A DNA stretch of 64,000 bases, taken from NCBI GenBank assembly GCA_029256705.1, contig JAQSXK010000006.1:3021-67020 (forward strand). Direction: 5' to 3'. How positions within the stretch are numbered: position 1 is the first letter of the stretch; each line of letters starts with the position of its first letter. The notes below the pieces were generated by a model. The model was given only the letters and a program-made list of their open reading frames with translations, did no database searches and was not told where the DNA came from. The DNA comes from Clostridia bacterium (lineage in GTDB: Bacteria > Bacillota > Clostridia > TANB77 > CAG-465). Made by a program: the position numbers and the translations under genes. Shown piece by piece: positions 42,494 to 52,734 of the stretch.

Positions 42494-43351
42494 ATGGATA
42501 CATTTAAAATAGGTGATGTAGTTGCAAGAAAATCATACAACATGGATATATTATTTAAGATAACAGGTATTAATAAAGAAATAATAGAACTAGCTGGTCT
42601 TACGGTTAGAATTGTGGCGGATTCACCTGTAACAGATTTAGTACATATATTAGAATCCGAAGTTAAAGATAGAATGAAAAAAATAGATGATTCAAGAAAA
42701 ATAAGAATGAATAGATGTTACAATAATATAAATAAAAAATTTAATATTAGAGATACAACATCAGAAAATCCAAATGTTTATGTAAAAGAGAAAATTTTTA
42801 AAAGACCAGGAGTAATATTACATATAGATGGCGATTCAGAGTATACTGAAAAATGTAGAGAAAATTATAAGAGAATGGGTCTTACTGCATATGTATATAA
42901 TATAAGTGAAGAAGAACAGTATAAACAGATATACTCATTGCTTCAAAAAATAAGACCGAATATTTTGATACTTACAGGTCATGATGCTTTCTTAAGAAAA
43001 AGAAATGATATATATAACATAAATAACTATAAAAATTCAAAATACTTCATACAGGGTGTTTTGGAAGCAAGAAGATATGAACATAATTTAGATAATTTAG
43101 TTATATTTGCAGGAGCTTGCCAAAGCTATTATGAAGCGATAATATCTGCTGGCGCAAATTTTGCTTCGGCTCCAAAAAGAGTTTTAATAGATATGTTAGA
43201 TCCACTTATAGTTGCTGAATCAATAGCATATACACCAGTTGATAAATTTATTCCTCTTGCTAGTATAATTTCAAATACAAGGGAGGGAATTGATGGAATT
43301 GGGGGGGTACAAACTAGAGGGCAATATAGGGAAGGTATGCCAGGTATTTAA
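42494..43351 (+). CDS. yabG: Sporulation-specific protease YabG
   Basis: MDTFKIGDVVARKSYNMDILFKITGI... with a conserved C-terminal peptidase U57 region. Confidence 0.85.
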   Translation: MDTFKIGDVVARKSYNMDILFKITGINKEIIELAGLTVRIVADSPVTDLVHILESEVKDRMKKIDDSRKIRMNRCYNNINKKFNIRDTTSENPNVYVKEKIFKRPGVILHIDGDSEYTEKCRENYKRMGLTAYVYNISEEEQYKQIYSLLQKIRPNILILTGHDAFLRKRNDIYNINNYKNSKYFIQGVLEARRYEHNLDNLVIFAGACQSYYEAIISAGANFASAPKRVLIDMLDPLIVAESIAYTPVDKFIPLASIISNTREGIDGIGGVQTRGQYREGMPGI

Positions 43352-43453
43352 AATACTAATAAATATTAATTGATTGTAAAATTATGAAGAATATAAAATA
43401 AAAAAATTATATATAAATCGGGTCATATGCCACAAAATGGCACTGTTGCGCTA

Positions 43454-43520
43454 TTTCGACAAAACTAGACTGTAAAATTTTAGCAGAAGACTTGATTTCT
43501 TATATTTAATTGTGTATAAT
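43454..43520 (+). promoter_or_regulatory. spo0A promoter region: a 0A box (TTTGTCGAAA on the minus strand) plus a sigma-A promoter
   Basis: Reverse-complement TTTGTCGAAA at 43454-63. TTGATT at 43492-97, 17-nt spacer ending in TG, TATAAT at 43515-20. Confidence 0.55.
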
Positions 43521-43557
43521 TGTAATGTACTAAGAGATAAGGTATGGGGGTAATAAA

Positions 43558-44370
43558 ATGATTCAAAAGAAAAAGGTTATGTTGCTGGATGATAATAGGG
43601 AGTTCGTAATGCTTCTTAAGGAGTATATAAATCTCCAAGAAGATATGGAAGTAGTTACTTATGCGTATGATGGGACAAATGCTATGAAACTTATGAAAGA
43701 AACTAATCCAGACGTGCTACTATTAGATATTATAATGCCTGAAAAAGACGGGTTGACAGTTTTAGAAGAAATGTCTAAAGAAAATGAGCATAAAATGCCA
43801 TTAGTAATAGTAATGTCTTCAATTGGCCAAGAAAGAATAACGCAAAAGGCTATATCACTAGGAGCAACATATTATGTTGTAAAACCATTTGATATGAAAA
43901 GTTTAACTGAAAGAGTTAGAGATTTAATGTCGCCAGATAATTCAACAACAACTATCAATAGTAGATTTACATCTAAAGATAATGTTTTGGATACTAGAAG
44001 ACTTAATACTAGTCTAGAAGTAAGAGTAACAAATGCTATACATGACGTTGGGGTTCCAGCACATATAAAAGGATATCAATATGTTAGAGAAGCAATAATT
44101 ATGACAGTAAAAAATGAAGATGTTATAAACGCTGTTACGAAGACATTGTATCCAAACCTATCACATATGTTTGATACAACACCATCTAGAGTAGAAAGAG
44201 CCATAAGACATGCTATTGAAGTGGCGTGGAATAGGGGACAAATTGAGGTTCACGATAAGATATTTGGATATACAGTAAATTCAAATAAAGGAAAACCAAC
44301 AAATTCTGAGTTTATAGCAATGATAGCAGATAAATTGAGATTAGAAGAAAAAGCTGCTGCTAATATGTAA
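43558..44370 (+). CDS. spo0A: Sporulation master regulator Spo0A
   Basis: Receiver domain [10 protein letters not shown]...[14 protein letters not shown] and a C-terminal 0A DNA-binding domain ...[10 protein letters not shown]...[18 protein letters not shown]. Confidence 0.95.
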   Translation: MIQKKKVMLLDDNREFVMLLKEYINLQEDMEVVTYAYDGTNAMKLMKETNPDVLLLDIIMPEKDGLTVLEEMSKENEHKMPLVIVMSSIGQERITQKAISLGATYYVVKPFDMKSLTERVRDLMSPDNSTTTINSRFTSKDNVLDTRRLNTSLEVRVTNAIHDVGVPAHIKGYQYVREAIIMTVKNEDVINAVTKTLYPNLSHMFDTTPSRVERAIRHAIEVAWNRGQIEVHDKIFGYTVNSNKGKPTNSEFIAMIADKLRLEEKAAANM

Positions 44371-44435
44371 ATTTAAAGAATGCTTTGTGTTATTTTAACA
44401 TAAGGTATTTTTTTATTTTGTGAATAAACAAAAAA

Positions 44436-44462
44436 ACGTAGCAATAACTACGTTTTTATTTA
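44436..44462. terminator. Bidirectional terminator between spo0A and the convergent membrane-protein gene
   Basis: AAAACGTAG-caataa-CTACGTTTT. Confidence 0.6.
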
Positions 44463-44466
44463 TATG

Positions 44467-45030
44467 TTATTTTTTAAATAAATGCAAAAATTTACTAACC
44501 AGTGCAACAATTTTAGTTGTATTATGTTTAGCAACCGTTTTGCCTATTGCTTTACCACCAACTGTTAATGAAGCAACTAATGCACTAATAAGAAACTGCA
44601 TATTAAAATTTAACCCAAAATCATTAGTAATTTTAACCGCAATTAAAGCACTTATTGCACCACTTAAAACGCCAGATATATCACCTACAACGTCTGCACA
44701 AAAATTAGATACTTTATGTGAGTTACGTATAAGCTTAATTGCTGTCTTAGATCCTCTTAATTTTTTACTAGCTTTGGCATGAAATTCTTCTTCATTTGCT
44801 AGTGTAACAGCAACACCAATTATATCAAAGAAAATACCAACAAATATAACAATTATTAATACTAATATTGCTACAAGAATAGGTAAATCTTTTATAGATT
44901 CACTTGAAATATAAGAAAAAAATAAAGATGATATAAAAGTTAAGACAAAGATAGAAATCAACCATTTAAGTGTAGACTCGTCTGACTTTACTTTTTTATA
45001 TCTTTTTTGTTTTAAATCTTTTGTTTCCAT
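44467..45030 (-). CDS. Four-TM small membrane protein. Possible OapA (OLE-associated protein A).
   Basis: 187 aa (~21 kDa) with basic termini and 4 predicted TM helices. Immediately downstream of, and on the same strand as, a long structured non-coding region. Confidence 0.45.
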   Translation of the reverse strand: METKDLKQKRYKKVKSDESTLKWLISIFVLTFISSLFFSYISSESIKDLPILVAILVLIIVIFVGIFFDIIGVAVTLANEEEFHAKASKKLRGSKTAIKLIRNSHKVSNFCADVVGDISGVLSGAISALIAVKITNDFGLNFNMQFLISALVASLTVGGKAIGKTVAKHNTTKIVALVSKFLHLFKK

Positions 45031-45784
45031 TTTGTATTATTTACAACCCCTATTTAAAAATTATTTAGATGGTAGAAAATTAGGTAAATTTTACGGTTTA
45101 GGTCTAGTAGAATTTCTCTATTCTTTACTAAATATTACTATTTAGTCGTTTCCATTTAAAAAGAATATTCTTTGGTTACCCAAAAGACAACTAGATCACC
45201 ACTTAAATCCGTACCTTAATCCCTAAAAACCTTCGCTTTTAATAAAGCAAACATTCTAGAAGTTTTCCTAAAAAATATACTGCTACCTATTATTAGTCTT
45301 TTTCGCAATAATAATTTCATTATCATAAGTTAAAAATTATGGCCAATAATCAAATAACTCTTAAAATAAATCCCAATAATATCACTCAAGACAGGCTACA
45401 CTATGCATTGTGTCTTGGCACTTAACATAGGTTACACTTAATAATTTTGAACATTAAGTCTCCACGAAATTAGGGAATAAGCTGTATGCCATTACAACGT
45501 ACCCTAATTTCTTTACTCCCTGAAACCACGCAGAACTGGGCGTTCTGCGCATTAACAAGGAACTTCAACGATGTGCCTTTTAGTGGATTTTTAGCCCCAC
45601 CCTCACAACAGACAGTATAACTAGAATAATGCACCATCAATAATATATTATATCATAAAATTTGCTTAAATGCAAATTTGTATCAAAAACACTTAAAGTT
45701 TTTTCATGTGTGTTACATTATATAATATTATATTTTATGTGTTTTATACACAAAAAACGCACATAATATTAATGAATTTTATAT
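45031..45784 (-). ncRNA. Large ORF-free, locally GC-enriched structured region. Candidate OLE-like RNA.
   Basis: 750 bp with no ORF longer than 58 aa and clearly more G+C than the flanks. Strong hairpins include CGCAGAAC-tgggc-GTTCTGCG and AAATTAGGG...CCCTAATTT. No tmRNA, RNase P or SRP signature motifs were found. Confidence 0.4.
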
Positions 45785-46360
45785 TTATTTTTTCCACAAT
45801 CCTGTATTGTTTTTTATTGCTTCTGATGCTAGTTCCTTAAAAATTTTAGAGTATTTAATATCTGGTGGGTAGGTAAATACATTTGCATATCCATTTTTAA
45901 GTAGTAGTCCATTAAACATTTTAGACTCAATTTCCTCTTTAGAAATTTCCACTGGAGTTTCTAACCAAACATAACAAAGCAGACGTCCAAACGTATCTGT
46001 TTTACTAACATCCTTTTCAAGAAAAATATTCTTATTCAGCAATATTGATTTAGTATACTGTGTTGATTCCTTTCCGTAGAATTCAACTTTAGATGTATAT
46101 TCTGGACAATCTATCCCTATAAGTCTAACTTTATATTTTTTGGAATCAATAAGAACCTCTATTGTATCCCCATCAACAATTCTAGAGACATAAGCTTTCA
46201 AGGTATTATTTAAAATAGTAGATTCATCAAGTTTTTTTGGCTTATTAGAAACTGTTTGAGAATTATAAGTGATAAATTTGTCTATATTTTCAATATATTG
46301 ACTCGTATAAATTACAACAATTAATGATAATCCAATAATAAATTTATTTCTTCTTTTCAT
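45785..46360 (-). CDS. Secreted thermonuclease (SNase-like)
   Basis: Signal/TM followed by RLIGIDCPE...YGKEST SNase motifs. Confidence 0.75.
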   Translation of the reverse strand: MKRRNKFIIGLSLIVVIYTSQYIENIDKFITYNSQTVSNKPKKLDESTILNNTLKAYVSRIVDGDTIEVLIDSKKYKVRLIGIDCPEYTSKVEFYGKESTQYTKSILLNKNIFLEKDVSKTDTFGRLLCYVWLETPVEISKEEIESKMFNGLLLKNGYANVFTYPPDIKYSKIFKELASEAIKNNTGLWKK

Positions 46361-46699
46361 ATTAAGTTCACCTATAATATTATATCATTTAAATAAATAT
46401 TTTCAATTTAAATAAACTGATATTTAACTATTATTATGTTACAAATTAAGATTGTCTTTGTTTTAATATGATTGTTTGTTGTTAAAAATAAAAACTAAAT
46501 TTTATTATTTTCAACAATGACAGCGAAAAGATTAAAAACAATTTACATAAAATATTTACATAATTATGAAAAAAGGTTGACATAATGATTGGAGATGTGT
46601 TATAATAAGATATAAGTTAGTAACGACAGAATATGACATAAGGTGTTTGTAGGGGGTTGTTTACTAAATATCTATAAATATTAAGAGGAGGAAATTTAA

Positions 46700-47389
46700 A
46701 TGGAGGAATTAGAACTAAAAGATATTTTGAATATTTTTTTTCAAAAAATAGTTCTTGTAATTATTATAACAGCTATTATAACAACAGCTGGAATGCTTTA
46801 TACTTTGTTTGTACAAACTCCAATGTATAAATCTGATGTGACTATGGTGTTAACAGCGCCAACAAGTTTAAAAGATGAATCAAAGTCAGCAGACACAATA
46901 ACGCAAAGTGATGTGCTGCTTAATCAAAAGCTAGTTTCTACATATGGAGAGATTGTTAAATCAAGAAAAATTGCTAGTCAAGTAATTGATAAATTAAAAC
47001 TTAGCTACAGTCCAGACGAATTAAACAATATGATTTCAGTAAATTCTAAAAAGGATACAGAAATGTTACAAATAACAGTTTCTAATGAAGATCCAAAAAT
47101 AGCAGCGGATGTAGCAAATAATGTTGCTGAGGTCTTTGGGAAAGAAATCGTTAACATATATAACATTAAGAATGTATCGATAATTGATAGAGCTTTAGAA
47201 ACGGATTCGCCATACAATATAAGTATTGTGAAACAAATAATTTTATTTTTCTTTTCAGGTATAGTAATATCATTATTTTTCGTATTTATTTCTTATTATT
47301 TTGATACTACAGTAAAAGATCCTGAAGAAGTAGAAAAAAGATTAGGTATGTCTGTACTTTCAGCAATACCAATCTATAAAAATAATTGA
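46700..47389 (+). CDS. Wzz/CpsC-type polysaccharide co-polymerase, the transmembrane modulator of a BY-kinase
   Basis: Two TM segments flanking a periplasmic Wzz domain. Confidence 0.75.
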   Translation: MEELELKDILNIFFQKIVLVIIITAIITTAGMLYTLFVQTPMYKSDVTMVLTAPTSLKDESKSADTITQSDVLLNQKLVSTYGEIVKSRKIASQVIDKLKLSYSPDELNNMISVNSKKDTEMLQITVSNEDPKIAADVANNVAEVFGKEIVNIYNIKNVSIIDRALETDSPYNISIVKQIILFFFSGIVISLFFVFISYYFDTTVKDPEEVEKRLGMSVLSAIPIYKNN

Positions 47390-47390
47390 G

Positions 47391-48212
47391 GTGAAAAATA
47401 TGGGTAAATCACTAAGAACAAAGGCAAAAGTAGTTAATGAATTAATAGTAAAAGAAGATCCTAAATCTCCAATATCTGAAAAATTAAGAACTTTAAGAAC
47501 TAATATACTATTTTCAGCTGTTGATGAAGAAATAAAAACAATTCTTATAACAAGTCCTACCCCAGGTGATGGAAAAAGTTGGACTTCAGCTAATTTGGCA
47601 GTAGCTTTTGCGCAAACTGGTAGTAAGGTTTTACTTATCGATGGAGACTTAAGAAAAGGAAGACAACACAAAATATTTGGATTAAGCAATGAGTTTGGAT
47701 TTTCAAACTATTTGCTTGAATATGGAAAGAAAAAAATAATTAATAATTATCAAACAGATGAAGATGATTCAGAAAATGAAATTATTTCAGATGTAAAGGT
47801 TGAAAAACCAGTTGTAACAAAATTTCATGAAACATCTGTTCCAAATTTAACTGTAATGACTGCAGGAAGTGTTCCGCCAAATCCTTCAGAATTACTGGGA
47901 TCTAAAAAAATGCTAAAGTTTCTTGAAAGTATAAAGAAAAGATATAGCATAATAATATTTGATGGACCACCAGTAAATGTAGTAACGGATTCTCTTATAT
48001 TAACAAGATTAGTAGATACTACAGTATTGGTAGCTTCAGTTAAAAATACACAAGTTAAACATTTAATTACAGCTAAAAAAACAATTGAAAATGTTGGAGG
48101 AAAACTAGCAGGTGTGGTTGTAAATAAAATACCTGTTACAAGCGGAAAGCAATATACTGAATATTATGAATATTATCAAAGAAAAGAAGATGCTAAGAAA
48201 AATATAAAGTAG
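47391..48212 (+). CDS. CpsD/YwqD-type bacterial tyrosine kinase (BY-kinase)
   Basis: Walker A SPTPGDGKSWTSANLA, Walker A' LLIDGDLRKG, C-terminal Tyr-rich tail YTEYYEYYQ. Confidence 0.85.
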   Translation: MKNMGKSLRTKAKVVNELIVKEDPKSPISEKLRTLRTNILFSAVDEEIKTILITSPTPGDGKSWTSANLAVAFAQTGSKVLLIDGDLRKGRQHKIFGLSNEFGFSNYLLEYGKKKIINNYQTDEDDSENEIISDVKVEKPVVTKFHETSVPNLTVMTAGSVPPNPSELLGSKKMLKFLESIKKRYSIIIFDGPPVNVVTDSLILTRLVDTTVLVASVKNTQVKHLITAKKTIENVGGKLAGVVVNKIPVTSGKQYTEYYEYYQRKEDAKKNIK

Positions 48213-48227
48213 GATGAAGGTGGAATA

Positions 48228-48998
48228 ATGTTAGATTTACATACACATATAATTCCTGGGGTTGATGACGGTTCTAAAAACATAGGTGAGACAATAGAAA
48301 TATTGAAAAAAGCAAAATTAGCTGGTTATTTAGGCGTAGTAGCGACTCCTCATTATATAGAAGGCTCGTATGCAACTAATAATGCAGATAAAATGAAGTA
48401 TATTAAGGATATAAAAACTGAACTTAGATTGCAGAATATTGATTTAGAAATATATATTGGAAATGAAGTTTTTATAACAGATACTATTGAAAATCTTTTA
48501 TATTCTGGTAAAATCTCTTCGATAAATAATTCGAAATATATGCTTATAGAACTACCTATGGCTGGTGGATCTAATGGTTTACAAAGTTGTATCTTTAAAG
48601 TGTTTTCATTAGGATACATTCCTATAATTGCACATCCAGAAAGATATTCATTTGTACAAAAGGATCCTAATAAGCTATTAGATTATATTGAGCAAGGAGT
48701 ACTATTTCAACTTAATTCAGGTAGTCTATTTGGACATTATGGTAAAACAGCTAAAAAAACAGCTAGAATTTTAATTAAACATAATATGGTACAATTCATT
48801 GCAACAGATATTCATAGTGAAAAAAGTTCTAGTTATAGTCAAATATCTGATGTTTGTAAGCTCATTTCAAAATTAACTTATGAAGAAAATGTAGATATTT
48901 TGATGAATAAAAATCCCAATGATGTAATCAATAATAATAAAATAATTTTTAATGAACCCACAAAATATAAAAAAGGATTATTTGAAATTTTCAAATAA
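48228..48998 (+). CDS. CpsB/YwqE PHP-family protein-tyrosine phosphatase
   Basis: MLDLHTHIIPGVDDGSKN.... Confidence 0.85.
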   Translation: MLDLHTHIIPGVDDGSKNIGETIEILKKAKLAGYLGVVATPHYIEGSYATNNADKMKYIKDIKTELRLQNIDLEIYIGNEVFITDTIENLLYSGKISSINNSKYMLIELPMAGGSNGLQSCIFKVFSLGYIPIIAHPERYSFVQKDPNKLLDYIEQGVLFQLNSGSLFGHYGKTAKKTARILIKHNMVQFIATDIHSEKSSSYSQISDVCKLISKLTYEENVDILMNKNPNDVINNNKIIFNEPTKYKKGLFEIFK

Positions 48999-49067
48999 TT
49001 TATTCAAATCACCCATTATATATTATAATATGTATAAAATATTACATAATATATAATGGGTGATTTT

Positions 49068-50618
49068 ATGAAAAAATTTAATAATATTCTAATTACATTA
49101 ATATCTGATTTAACTAAAATTGTAATCATGATAATTTTAATATATGTTCAAATTGAATTTGTTAAAATAGAAGTTCAAGAAAGTAAGGATTTAGTAATAT
49201 ATTTAAATTTTGCAGTAGAGTTATTAAAGGTAATTTTAGTTATACATATAATATACAAATTTCAAAGTGCATCTTACAAATTATTATGGATAATTTTAAT
49301 AATGTTTTTTCCTATATTGGGCGCAATATTATACCTTATACTTGGAAATTCAGAAGTATCTAAATCTTTTAAAAAACGAATTGACGAAGAATACTCAAAT
49401 TCACAACAATTTATAGAAAAAAATTATGAAGAATTCGAAGAGATTAAAATATTAGATAAGGTTATGTATAATCAAGTAAATTATATATATAATACAAACA
49501 AATTGCCTATATATAAAAATTCAAATTTACAATATTTAAAAAGTGGAGAAGAATATTTTGAATCAATTCTAAAAGATATTGCAAATGCAAGGGAATACAT
49601 ATTTATACAATATTTCACTATAAGTGAAGGAAGTATGTGGAATAGATTATTTGATGGTTTAAAACAGAAGTCACTAGAGAAGGTGAAAATTTATATTATT
49701 GTAGATGGAATGGGTAACCAAGGAAAATTTCCTGAAAAATTCAAACTAAATTTAGAACAATTTGGAATAAAATTTTACATATTTAATTCATCATTAATAT
49801 CAATTAATGAATATTTAAACTATAGAAACCATAGAAAAATAGTTGTAATAGACGGTAATATCGCATATACAGGTGGTGTTAATATAGGCGATGAATATAT
49901 TAATTTGGATAAAAGATACGGACATTGGAAAGATTCTGGAATCAAAATTTTTGGAAGGGCAGTAACAAGTTATATAATAATGTTTATTAGAATGTGGAAT
50001 CTTTGCAATAAAAAAAATTATTTAGATTATAAAAAATTTATAAATAAAATAAGTAAAGAAGATATTGGTAAAGGATATATAGTACCTTACTGTGACTCGC
50101 CGGATAATAAAAATAATACGGCGCAAAATTTATATATTCAAATTATAAATTCATCAAAGAATTATGTATATATAATGACGCCTTACTTAAGTTTAGATAG
50201 TGACGTTGTTACAGCATTTGTAAATGCAGCAAAATCTGGTGTTGATGTGAGAATAATAACTCCATATATTTCAGACAAATTAGTGATGCACTTTATAAAT
50301 AGGGCATTTTATCAAGTATTGCTTGAAGCAGGTGTTAAAATATACGAATATAAACCAGGATTTGTTCATTCTAAAGTGTTTATATCTGATGACGAATTGG
50401 CTACAGTTGGAAGCATAAATCTTGATTTTAGAGGGTTATATTTCCATTTTGAATGTGGAAATTGGATTTATAGAACTGGAGAAGAGCAAAAAATTAAAGA
50501 AGATTTTTTGGATACGCAAGAGAAATCATTAGAAATAAATTTAGTTGAATGGAATAGACGTGGTATTATTAAAAGAATAATTGATAAAATAATTGTAACT
50601 TTTTCGCCGTTAGTATAG
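49068..50618 (+). CDS. cls: Cardiolipin synthase
   Basis: N-terminal TM segments and two HKD motifs (HRKIVVIDG, HSKVFISDD). Confidence 0.85.
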   Translation: MKKFNNILITLISDLTKIVIMIILIYVQIEFVKIEVQESKDLVIYLNFAVELLKVILVIHIIYKFQSASYKLLWIILIMFFPILGAILYLILGNSEVSKSFKKRIDEEYSNSQQFIEKNYEEFEEIKILDKVMYNQVNYIYNTNKLPIYKNSNLQYLKSGEEYFESILKDIANAREYIFIQYFTISEGSMWNRLFDGLKQKSLEKVKIYIIVDGMGNQGKFPEKFKLNLEQFGIKFYIFNSSLISINEYLNYRNHRKIVVIDGNIAYTGGVNIGDEYINLDKRYGHWKDSGIKIFGRAVTSYIIMFIRMWNLCNKKNYLDYKKFINKISKEDIGKGYIVPYCDSPDNKNNTAQNLYIQIINSSKNYVYIMTPYLSLDSDVVTAFVNAAKSGVDVRIITPYISDKLVMHFINRAFYQVLLEAGVKIYEYKPGFVHSKVFISDDELATVGSINLDFRGLYFHFECGNWIYRTGEEQKIKEDFLDTQEKSLEINLVEWNRRGIIKRIIDKIIVTFSPLV

Positions 50619-50688
50619 GATTAATAGCGGGTTTTCATCTTGTATACTATGAAAAACATACTCATTATGTATAATTTTATTGAAAAGA

Positions 50689-50717
50689 TTGACATAAATA
50701 TGACTTTGTGATATAAT
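50689..50717 (+). promoter_or_regulatory. Near-consensus sigma-A promoter (TTGACA, 17-nt spacer ending in TG, TATAAT)
   Basis: Seen directly. Drives the 80-aa ORF. Confidence 0.6.
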
Positions 50718-50779
50718 ATCTATGCAATTAAATATTAGATATTTAAATTTAAAATAAATTTATTGGAGGAGTGTAAAAT

Positions 50780-51022
50780 ATGAATGAGCATATGTTGAGT
50801 GGTGCAAGTGCCTATATTAAAGATTTTACTGAATGGTATCTAAAAAACGAAAATCCCCCGGATATTAGGGTATTTGTTAATGACAGATTTTCTGAATGCT
50901 CAGAGAGCAAAAAAAGGGAATTATATGAAATCTTCGTTAAACTAAGTACAATAATCTCCAATGGTGATACATGTAATCAGGATACAATTGATATAGCTAA
51001 CAGCTTAGTTAAGATCCTTTGA
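50780..51022 (+). CDS. 80-aa hypothetical cytoplasmic protein
   Basis: GGAGGAG RBS. No recognisable family. Confidence 0.5.
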   Translation: MNEHMLSGASAYIKDFTEWYLKNENPPDIRVFVNDRFSECSESKKRELYEIFVKLSTIISNGDTCNQDTIDIANSLVKIL

Positions 51023-51056
51023 TAAATAAAATATCATATAAAATTAAATTAAATAT

Positions 51057-51097
51057 AAAAACTCTTACGAATACATTTTTATTCGTGAGAGTTTTTA
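51057..51097. terminator. Bidirectional rho-independent terminator
   Basis: AAAACTCTTACGAATA / TATTCGTGAGAGTTTT. Confidence 0.7.
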
Positions 51098-51099
51098 CT

Positions 51100-52734
51100 T
51101 TATATAGTCATTTCATTTGCACATGGTTTTAGATTTTTAAGTTCATAACCTCTTTTTCCTTTTTCTAAGTTAATGCTTTTATGTGTAGATTTTAAATGTG
51201 ATGAATCTTTTTCTTTTTCAATGCAATTTTTAAATCCAATTTTAATCATTTCTAAAATTTTTTCTCTTTGATTTAAACTACTTTTTGATAAAAGTTTAAT
51301 ATCATCCAAATTTGCAATTTGTCGGTAGATTTTTTTAATTGACCCTTTTATTTCTTCTACATCCTTCAATTTTCTGCTAAAACTTTCTTCTTGAAGATTA
51401 CTTTCGATTTTAGTAAGATTATCATTAATTATATTTAGAAAGTTAGGCTTTTTTAACTTATTTTTGCTAATTTCTTGAATTGAACAAATAATAGACATAT
51501 TATATTTTGCCCCAGTATTAGTTCCATATCTTTGTATATCACTTATAATTTCGTTTTCCGAAATATCATTACTTTTTTCAATCAAAACGTATGAATTTCC
51601 TCCACCTTTTGCAACAATATTTGAATACATCTTAATGTTTTTTTCTTTAAGCACATTTTTTACATGTTCTAGTGAATCAGAAATTGCAATGTCACCTGCA
51701 TCATGCCCATGAGTATCATTTATATTTTTTAATCCTGATAAATCAACAGCAAGAATACTAAAACCTTTAGAACCCTTATCTTTCATTATATTTTTATATG
51801 CCTTTCTATATCCAAGGCCTTGAAAATATTCTGAACTTATTACATCATTCACAGGGTGCTTTGATAACATGCTAGCTAATACATATTCATTTATTAGATG
51901 AGTCTTATTTCCATATAATGATTTAGCTTCATCGGTATATTGTCTTTTTAATTTTTCAAACGTATCCTGCTTATCTGCTGTACCTAAATCTTGCGAAATA
52001 TGACTATCTGAAACTATATCATCCATATCTAATTGTTCAATTGCTTTATCGAAAGTGTTTCTTAAATCTGGTTTGTTACTATTCTTAAGTTTTTCCATAT
52101 TTATTCTCATTTTATCTAATTGTGTTTCAACAACCGTATTAACAATTTTTTCCAAATCATTCCCACAAATACTTCTTAATCTTTCACTTTTAAAAATGCC
52201 TTTGTTTTCTGCCATTTTTTCATCTGCAATATTCATTGCATGTGTTAAGCCATTTGATAAATCTGAACATGATCCTACACTAATAGTTAGTTCATTTTCC
52301 TTTACCTTTTTTAAATCATCTACAATGGTATTTGCTTCTTGCTCGTTTTTATCTGGCAAATATATATATATTTCATCTCCCATTTTTGCTATTTTGTAAT
52401 TTTTACATTCGTTTTCGTTTAGAGAAACTTTTATTTTATCTATCATACTTTTAATCATACTATTTACTTTTTCTTTTCCTCTAAATTTATTTGCGACAAA
52501 TAAATCATTAATATCTGCCATTATTATGGTTCCCTCTGGTGATTGTCTTATCATTTCATCCGCGAACATTCTAAATGCTGGCATAGACAACACGCCATAT
52601 TGCTTAATATATGTAAAACTATCTATTATTTGTTTGTTAGTTGATTTACTAGATAATTTATCTATATATCTTTTTGCAATATTTAGTATATCTTTTTGTT
52701 TATTTAATACCACTGGTAGTTTATCATTTGCCAT
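51100..52734 (-). CDS. Tandem GGDEF-like domain protein. Both signature motifs are degenerate (MGDEIY; GGGNSY).
   Basis: Two nucleotidyl-cyclase-like segments, each with DxNxL..N.HGH.AGD-type upstream elements. Confidence 0.5.
   Translation of the reverse strand: MANDKLPVVLNKQKDILNIAKRYIDKLSSKSTNKQIIDSFTYIKQYGVLSMPAFRMFADEMIRQSPEGTIIMADINDLFVANKFRGKEKVNSMIKSMIDKIKVSLNENECKNYKIAKMGDEIYIYLPDKNEQEANTIVDDLKKVKENELTISVGSCSDLSNGLTHAMNIADEKMAENKGIFKSERLRSICGNDLEKIVNTVVETQLDKMRINMEKLKNSNKPDLRNTFDKAIEQLDMDDIVSDSHISQDLGTADKQDTFEKLKRQYTDEAKSLYGNKTHLINEYVLASMLSKHPVNDVISSEYFQGLGYRKAYKNIMKDKGSKGFSILAVDLSGLKNINDTHGHDAGDIAISDSLEHVKNVLKEKNIKMYSNIVAKGGGNSYVLIEKSNDISENEIISDIQRYGTNTGAKYNMSIICSIQEISKNKLKKPNFLNIINDNLTKIESNLQEESFSRKLKDVEEIKGSIKKIYRQIANLDDIKLLSKSSLNQREKILEMIKIGFKNCIEKEKDSSHLKSTHKSINLEKGKRGYELKNLKPCANEMTI

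Noticed and set aside
44420-44782. 120-aa plus-strand ORF overlapping the putative oapA-like membrane gene
   Set aside because: It is antisense to a membrane protein with clear TM periodicity, and it begins inside the spo0A terminator hairpin.
45031-45784. tmRNA, RNase P RNA or SRP RNA as the identity of the structured non-coding region
   Set aside because: No GGGGG...CCCCC tRNA-like acceptor/T-arm, no ANDENYALAA-type tag frame ending in GCAGCTTAA, no GAGGAAAGTCC P4 motif and no SRP domain IV motif on either strand. An OLE-like RNA remains the working hypothesis.
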